A stretch of DNA of 32,000 bases, from NCBI GenBank assembly GCA_021735045.1, contig JAIPHU010000004.1, positions 39,888 to 71,887 on the forward strand, given 5' to 3'. The DNA comes from Candidatus Omnitrophota bacterium (lineage in GTDB: Bacteria > Omnitrophota > Gorgyraeia > Duberdicusellales > 4484-171). Each line of letters starts with the position of its first letter. The stretch's first letter is position 1. This document shows, one piece after another, positions 27,569 to 32,000 of the stretch. The notes under the pieces are model-generated. The model ran no database searches and had not been told where the DNA came from. It saw only the letters and a list, made by a program, of their open reading frames with translations. A program made the translations under genes and the position numbers.

Positions 27569-28401
27569 TTTACTAACCTCAATAAATTGTTTGGTAACTG
27601 CAAAGCAGCAAATTGGATTCCCGGATTATAATATTTTGTTTTCAACTTTAACTTTAAATATTTTTGTTTTATTTGTTTTTTTGATTTTTTAAGAAAATTT
27701 ATTTTTTTAGAACCAATCACAAAGCTAAAATAGCCACCGGTGTAAGTTGGAATAGAAGCAAGCTGGATAAAACTTAAAGGAAAAACATCTTTTATCTTAC
27801 GATAGTTAGATTTTAAAACATTAGCTTGTAAAAAAGTTGAACCAGTTTGGCGAATCATAATGCCGCTAGATTTAAGTCTTTTGTAGACATCTTGATAAAA
27901 CTTTTTCGAAAAAAGCATTTTAGCCGGGCCAACCGGATCCGGCGAGTCTACTATAATCAGATCAAACTTTTTAGGAGTTTCCTGTATATATTTTGCGCCA
28001 TCATCAATTATCAAACCCAGCCGTTTATCAGAAAAAGAGCCTTTGCTTATCTTTGGTAGATATTTCTTTGAAAGGTCGATAATCGTTTTATCAATTTCAA
28101 CCATTATTAGTTCTTTTACTGGATGTTTTAGTATTTCTCTTATAACTCCGCCGTCACCGCCACCAATGACTAAAATGCTTTCTGGATTAGGATGTGTAAG
28201 CAATAGAGGATGGACTAGCATTTCATGATAAATATACTCGTCAGCTTCTGTAGTCTGAATGACATTATCTAGGAAAAGGACTTTTCCAAAATCTTTAGTT
28301 TTAGATATCAGGCAATTTTGGTGAGCTGTCTTTTTTTTATACAGAATTTTTCCCTTAAGTCCAAACTTTACATCCGAATGCAACGTTTCGTAACACCACA
28401 T
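27565..28401 (-). CDS. speE: spermidine synthase / polyamine aminopropyltransferase
   Basis: YHEMLVH, VIGGGDGGVIRE, VEID and DSPDPVGPA motifs. Confidence 0.9.
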   Translation of the reverse strand: MWCYETLHSDVKFGLKGKILYKKKTAHQNCLISKTKDFGKVLFLDNVIQTTEADEYIYHEMLVHPLLLTHPNPESILVIGGGDGGVIREILKHPVKELIMVEIDKTIIDLSKKYLPKISKGSFSDKRLGLIIDDGAKYIQETPKKFDLIIVDSPDPVGPAKMLFSKKFYQDVYKRLKSSGIMIRQTGSTFLQANVLKSNYRKIKDVFPLSFIQLASIPTYTGGYFSFVIGSKKINFLKKSKKQIKQKYLKLKLKTKYYNPGIQFAALQLPNNLLRLVK

Positions 28402-28781
28402 TAAAATATACCTCTTTTAATCTCATTAATTTGAATATTTGAAGTTTTATAGCATCTTTTTAAAACACCAATTGCTTTATAAGGATCAACTTGGCCGCAA
28501 ACAAAGATATCTAAAGCAGCATAATCATATTCGGGCCAAGTATGGACGCTAACATGAGATTCCGAAATAATTGCTACACCTGAGACTCCTCCAGAAGGAG
28601 AAAACTTATGAAGGCTAATATTTAGGAGAGTAGCACCAATTGCTTTTACAGAATCTTTTAGACTTTTACGAATTTTTGGTAAAGAGGAGAGGTTTTTAGC
28701 ATCCCAGAGCTCGATAATCAAATGAGTACCGGCATAGCTGATATGACCATTTGTACAACAAAACTTTTGCTTTTCTTTCAT
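28401..28781 (-). CDS. speH: S-adenosylmethionine decarboxylase proenzyme (class 1, SpeH/SpeD type)
   Basis: GGVSGVAIISESHVSVHTWPEYDYAALDIFVCG, including the self-processing ES site. TAATG overlap with speE. Confidence 0.9.
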   Translation of the reverse strand: MKEKQKFCCTNGHISYAGTHLIIELWDAKNLSSLPKIRKSLKDSVKAIGATLLNISLHKFSPSGGVSGVAIISESHVSVHTWPEYDYAALDIFVCGQVDPYKAIGVLKRCYKTSNIQINEIKRGIF

Positions 28782-28887
28782 TTTTTGTTAACGTTTCTGT
28801 TTCAGAATCCATAATATGAGTATATATCATAAACCTTTTTTTTTCTTTTGCAACATTTTTTTTATGAGAATAAAAGAAATAGTTTAT

Positions 28888-28915
28888 TTGACCTGAGGCT
28901 AATTTTTGATAGAAT
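28888..28915 (+). promoter_or_regulatory. sigma70-like promoter, TTGACC-N16-TAGAAT with TG extension
   Basis: ttgacc at 28888-28893 and tgaTAGAAT ending at 28915, upstream of the MATE gene. Confidence 0.5.
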
Positions 28916-28934
28916 TCGATATATTATATTTAAG

Positions 28935-30332
28935 ATGAAAAAAGAAAGAACCAGAAAAACAAACCCTCAATTGACCGAAGGAAGCATTAAAACCTCCCTT
29001 GGGAAGCTTAGCTTACCTCTTATCACCGGAGCTTTTCTTCATAATCTCTTTAATCTAGTGGACCTTTTTTTTATTGGACGATTAGGCCCTGTTGCTTTAG
29101 CTGCTCTTTCTGTAGCTGGGGTAATACTTTCGATGTTAATTATGGTTGCTTTAGGTATTTCAACTGGAACTACAGCCTTAATTGCTCATTATACTGGAAA
29201 AAGAGACTATCAAAAAGCAGATAATGTATTAATTCAAGCTATTGTCTTAAGCGTTATTTGTTCAATATTGATGTTAACCATAGGTTTATTTTGGATGGAA
29301 CCTATTTTAAAAATCGTAGGGGCAACCGCGGAAATAACCCCCTATGCCGGAGAATATTTAAAAATAGCCTTCTCTTTTTCTTTTTTTATATTTTTATTTT
29401 TTGCTTTTAACCAGTCATTGCGCGGTTCAGGTGATACCTTAACACCGCTTAAAGCTCTTATTTTTGCCAATGTATTAAACATTATTCTAGACCCGCTTCT
29501 AATCTTTGGAGTTGGTTTTTTTCCAAGGCTAGAAGTTGCTGGTTCAGCTTTAGCAACAGTAATTAGTAGAGCTTTCGGTCTATTATTTTTACTAAGACAT
29601 TTTATTTCTGGCTACTCAAGCCTACATCTAAATCGAAAAAGTTTTTACCTCAATTTTTCAGTTTTAACCAGAATGGTAAAAATTGGTTTTTTTTCTTCTC
29701 TAGAAGTTTTGATGCGTCAAATTTCTTTACTTTTTTTGATAAAAATAATTAGCTTGTTTGGCACTTTAGCTCTAGCAGCTTATGGAATAGTGGTTCGATT
29801 GCGTCTTTTTATTATTATGTTTGGAATATCAACCGGTATTGCCGCTAGCATATTAATTGGCCAAAACATGGGAAGTAATCAACCCAAGAGGGCCCATCAG
29901 GCCGGCTGGCAGGCCGTCAAGTATTATCAAATGTTAGTTGTACCGATTGCTGTTTTGTTTTTTATCTTTTCTTCACAGATAATCGCAATTTTTACTAACG
30001 ACTCAGAAATTATAAGTTCAGCTAGTATCTTTCTTAAATTTATCTCGGTAAGCTTACCTTTTTTAACCCCGGCTTTAGTCTTGGGAAAAGGAGTTACCGG
30101 AGCAGGAGACACCATTGGACCAGCAACTATGACTGGCATATTTCAGCTTCTCTGGAGAATTCCAGTTGCTTATATTTTGGCTAATGTTTTTGCACTCAAA
30201 GTAATAGGAGTATATTTAGCTATAAGCACCTCTGATCTTTTACACGGGATCACGATGGGGATTTATTTTCAAAAAGGCAATTGGCAAAAAAGATATCATC
30301 GCCATAAAAAAATACTAGATAAGGAGAATTAA
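28935..30332 (+). CDS. MATE family efflux transporter
   Basis: About 12 TM helices. The N-terminus LPLITGAFLHNLFNLVDLFFIGRLG and the twofold repeat are typical of MATE. The ATG at 28935 is preferred to the TTG at 28848. Confidence 0.85.
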   Translation: MKKERTRKTNPQLTEGSIKTSLGKLSLPLITGAFLHNLFNLVDLFFIGRLGPVALAALSVAGVILSMLIMVALGISTGTTALIAHYTGKRDYQKADNVLIQAIVLSVICSILMLTIGLFWMEPILKIVGATAEITPYAGEYLKIAFSFSFFIFLFFAFNQSLRGSGDTLTPLKALIFANVLNIILDPLLIFGVGFFPRLEVAGSALATVISRAFGLLFLLRHFISGYSSLHLNRKSFYLNFSVLTRMVKIGFFSSLEVLMRQISLLFLIKIISLFGTLALAAYGIVVRLRLFIIMFGISTGIAASILIGQNMGSNQPKRAHQAGWQAVKYYQMLVVPIAVLFFIFSSQIIAIFTNDSEIISSASIFLKFISVSLPFLTPALVLGKGVTGAGDTIGPATMTGIFQLLWRIPVAYILANVFALKVIGVYLAISTSDLLHGITMGIYFQKGNWQKRYHRHKKILDKEN

Positions 30333-30405
30333 TCAGTTAAATAGTATGGAAGATTGTAATTATAAGTGTAAAAAATTTTTTAAAAAAATATTTCTTACTT
30401 TGGTT

Positions 30406-31695
30406 TCAACCGAAAAATTCATAAAGTTCATCTACAGGGCTTTTCGGTGCATTTTGCAAACCTTTTATCACATGAGTATAAACCATAGTAGTTTCTAAGT
30501 TTTTATGCCCCAGTAATTCCTGAATCTGCCGGATATTTACCCCTTTCATTAAAAGATGTGTGGCAAAACTATGGCGAAGGGTATGGACTGAAACTTTTTT
30601 ATGGATTTGAGCCATTTTAGCTGCATTTTTTACAGCTTTTTGGATTGAACTAGGGTCAATGTGATGCCTTCCTATTTTCCCATCTCTGGGATTAATTGAT
30701 AATTTGCTCGAAGGAAAAATATACTGCCACTTCCATTCTTTCGCTGCATTAGGATATTTATGCCTAAGCCGATTGGGCAAAGAAACTTTTCCATAGCCTA
30801 ACTTTAAATCCTCTTTGTGGATTTTTCTTGCTTTTTGAAGCTGTTTTTGCAACTCTGATTTAAGGCATTCGGCAATCACTGTTGTACGGTCTCTATCACC
30901 TTTACTGTTGCGGATAAATAAAATATTATTTTCTAAATCAATATCTTGCACCCGCAAGCGAACAAGCTCCATAAGCCGCAGGCCGGATCCATAAATAATT
31001 TGCAATAAAAGAAGGTGCTTTTTATTAACATAATTAAACATCTCTTTAACTTCACCAAAAGTCAATACTGACGGTAAACGGATTTTTTGTTTTGCCCGAA
31101 CAGTATTACCTAAACTTTTAAGTTCAATTTTTAATACCTCTCTAAACAGAAACAAAAGAGCGCAAAAAGCCTGGTTTTGAGTGGAGGAGGATACTTTTCT
31201 CTCTATTGCTAAATAAGTTAAGTACATTTTTACATTTTCTGAATTAAGCTTTTCTTCTAAGCACTTATTCGGATTATTTTTATTAATATAAGAAAAAAAT
31301 CTTTTTATCCAATCAACGTATGTTTGTTCAGTACGGTATGAATAATGTTTGAGCTGAATCGATTTGCGGACTTTATCTATAATATTTAACATCTTGTTAT
31401 TAGGCTTTTGATAATCTATTTTTATTAATTTTGATTGACTTTGGCCGAGTCGGGAATATTCAATAAAGAAATCTATTGCCAATTCTGCCTGCTGCATTTT
31501 CCAATCATCAGTGCTGAGGCCACAAAGGTAATCAAGGAATTTATTGATCGTTGCTTCATTGGCAACATTGCCATATTTATTAGAAAAAATTATAAATTTA
31601 TGCACCCAATAAGCATAAAAAGGAATTTTCTTTTTGTTAATAGATTTATTTTTTACAAGAAATTGCTGAAAATCTGGTAATATATTTTCAAACAT
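30406..31695 (-). CDS. intI: integron-type tyrosine recombinase (IntI-like) with an N-terminal extension of about 100 aa
   Basis: HYSYRTEQTYVDWIKRF, SSSTQNQAFCALLFLF, GSGLRLMELVRLRVQDID, the IntI-specific insertion LRHKYPNAAKEWKWQYIFPS...GRHHI, HTLRHSFATHLL, IQELLGHKNLETTMVYTHV and the tail KSPVDEL. AAGGAGG RBS. Confidence 0.88.
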   Translation of the reverse strand: MFENILPDFQQFLVKNKSINKKKIPFYAYWVHKFIIFSNKYGNVANEATINKFLDYLCGLSTDDWKMQQAELAIDFFIEYSRLGQSQSKLIKIDYQKPNNKMLNIIDKVRKSIQLKHYSYRTEQTYVDWIKRFFSYINKNNPNKCLEEKLNSENVKMYLTYLAIERKVSSSTQNQAFCALLFLFREVLKIELKSLGNTVRAKQKIRLPSVLTFGEVKEMFNYVNKKHLLLLQIIYGSGLRLMELVRLRVQDIDLENNILFIRNSKGDRDRTTVIAECLKSELQKQLQKARKIHKEDLKLGYGKVSLPNRLRHKYPNAAKEWKWQYIFPSSKLSINPRDGKIGRHHIDPSSIQKAVKNAAKMAQIHKKVSVHTLRHSFATHLLMKGVNIRQIQELLGHKNLETTMVYTHVIKGLQNAPKSPVDELYEFFG

Positions 31696-31710
31696 AAAAA
31701 ACCTCCTTAT

Positions 31711-31733
31711 TAGGCGGATTCCGCCTATTTTTT
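31711..31733. terminator. perfect hairpin plus T-run in the intI leader region (terminator-like on the plus strand)
   Basis: taggcgg-att-ccgccta (31711-31727), then tttttt. On the minus strand it sits immediately 5' of the intI Shine-Dalgarno. Confidence 0.55.
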
Positions 31734-31891
31734 ACCCCTTTACTTATAGACGAAATAAATTGGCATTTTCTTTCAAAAATTTACAAAAAATTAAAAAAAT
31801 ATGCTATAATTTATTTAATAAAGGCAGAGAATCCCAGAAAATACGGATTCCACATAAGAATTGTTAGCTATATAAAAATTAAAAATAATTA

Positions 31892-31921
31892 TTGACAATG
31901 AATATACATTAGATATACAAT
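31892..31921 (+). promoter_or_regulatory. near-consensus sigma70 promoter, TTGACA-N18-TACAAT, facing away from intI
   Basis: ttgaca at 31892-31897 and tacaat at 31916-31921. The ATG at 31927 falls at the expected transcription start. Confidence 0.55.
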
Positions 31922-31926
31922 AAATT

Positions 31927-32000
31927 ATGCTTATTTGGGATGAGAAAAAAAATATTAAATTACAAATCGAACGAAATATTTCATTTGAAGAAATAGCAGA
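31927..32000 (+). CDS. 5' end of a BrnT/DUF497-like toxin ORF (runs off the window)
   Basis: MLIWDEKKNIKLQIERNISFEEIA fits the DUF497 N-terminal pattern WDxxKxxxNxxx(H/R)gxSFEE. Only 24 codons are visible. Confidence 0.35.
   Translation, partial: MLIWDEKKNIKLQIERNISFEEIA

Noticed and set aside
28848-28934. The longer start given in the ORF track for the MATE gene
   Set aside because: It is a non-ATG start lying upstream of, and across, the predicted promoter (28888-28915). The ATG at 28935 gives a normal MATE N-terminus.
27847-31680. Plus-strand ORFs 27847-28059, 28043-28228 and 31435-31680, and minus-strand ORF 29927-30139
   Set aside because: They are shadow ORFs antisense to speE, intI and the MATE gene respectively, with no start context or recognisable motifs.
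31696-31926. A LexA/SOS box upstream of intI
   Set aside because: I looked for CTGT-N8-ACAG or GAAC-N4-GTTC type palindromes and found none. The only palindromes are the GGATTC-type repeats and the leader hairpin.
1-32000. An alternative genetic code (UGA reassignment, as in some candidate phyla)
   Set aside because: TGA clearly terminates well-aligned genes (for example scpB at 13669-13671 and the COG1579 gene at 10709-10711), and no conserved protein is interrupted by in-frame TGA.

Overview
AT-rich bacterial chromosome segment, mostly housekeeping genes. Nearly all of 9.99-27.2 kb is one tightly packed plus-strand block: COG1579 zinc-ribbon protein, RNase HI, YebC, RuvC, RuvA, ScpB, MetK, AhcY, PfkA, class II aldolase, IlvD, then MreB-MreC-MreD-PBP2-RodA, a TIGR03960-like radical SAM protein and a short DUF2344-like ORF. 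Upstream (0-9.4 kb) lie an ABC-F ATPase, MetF, a patch of small, membrane or orphan proteins (including a TLGYGD K+ channel and a SemiSWEET-like protein), a stand-alone LigD 3'-phosphoesterase domain and thioredoxin. Three loci deserve a second look. (1) At 9.46-9.96 kb, an intact tRNA(CAU) is preceded by an exact copy of its first 38 nt. That copy is interrupted by a 77-nt self-folding insert and followed by a small GIY-YIG nuclease ORF whose stop codon lies inside the intact tRNA. (2) At 27.2-28.8 kb on the minus strand is a translationally coupled speH-speE operon plus a divergent AdoMetDC-fold paralogue. (3) At 30.4-32.0 kb is an integron-type tyrosine recombinase with an extra N-terminal domain. 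It faces a promoter-rich attI-like region and a partial BrnT-like ORF that runs off the window, so any cassette array would lie beyond nt 32000. I saw no CRISPR array, rRNA, IS element or recognisable defence operon. All calls rest on motif recognition by eye; no searches were run.
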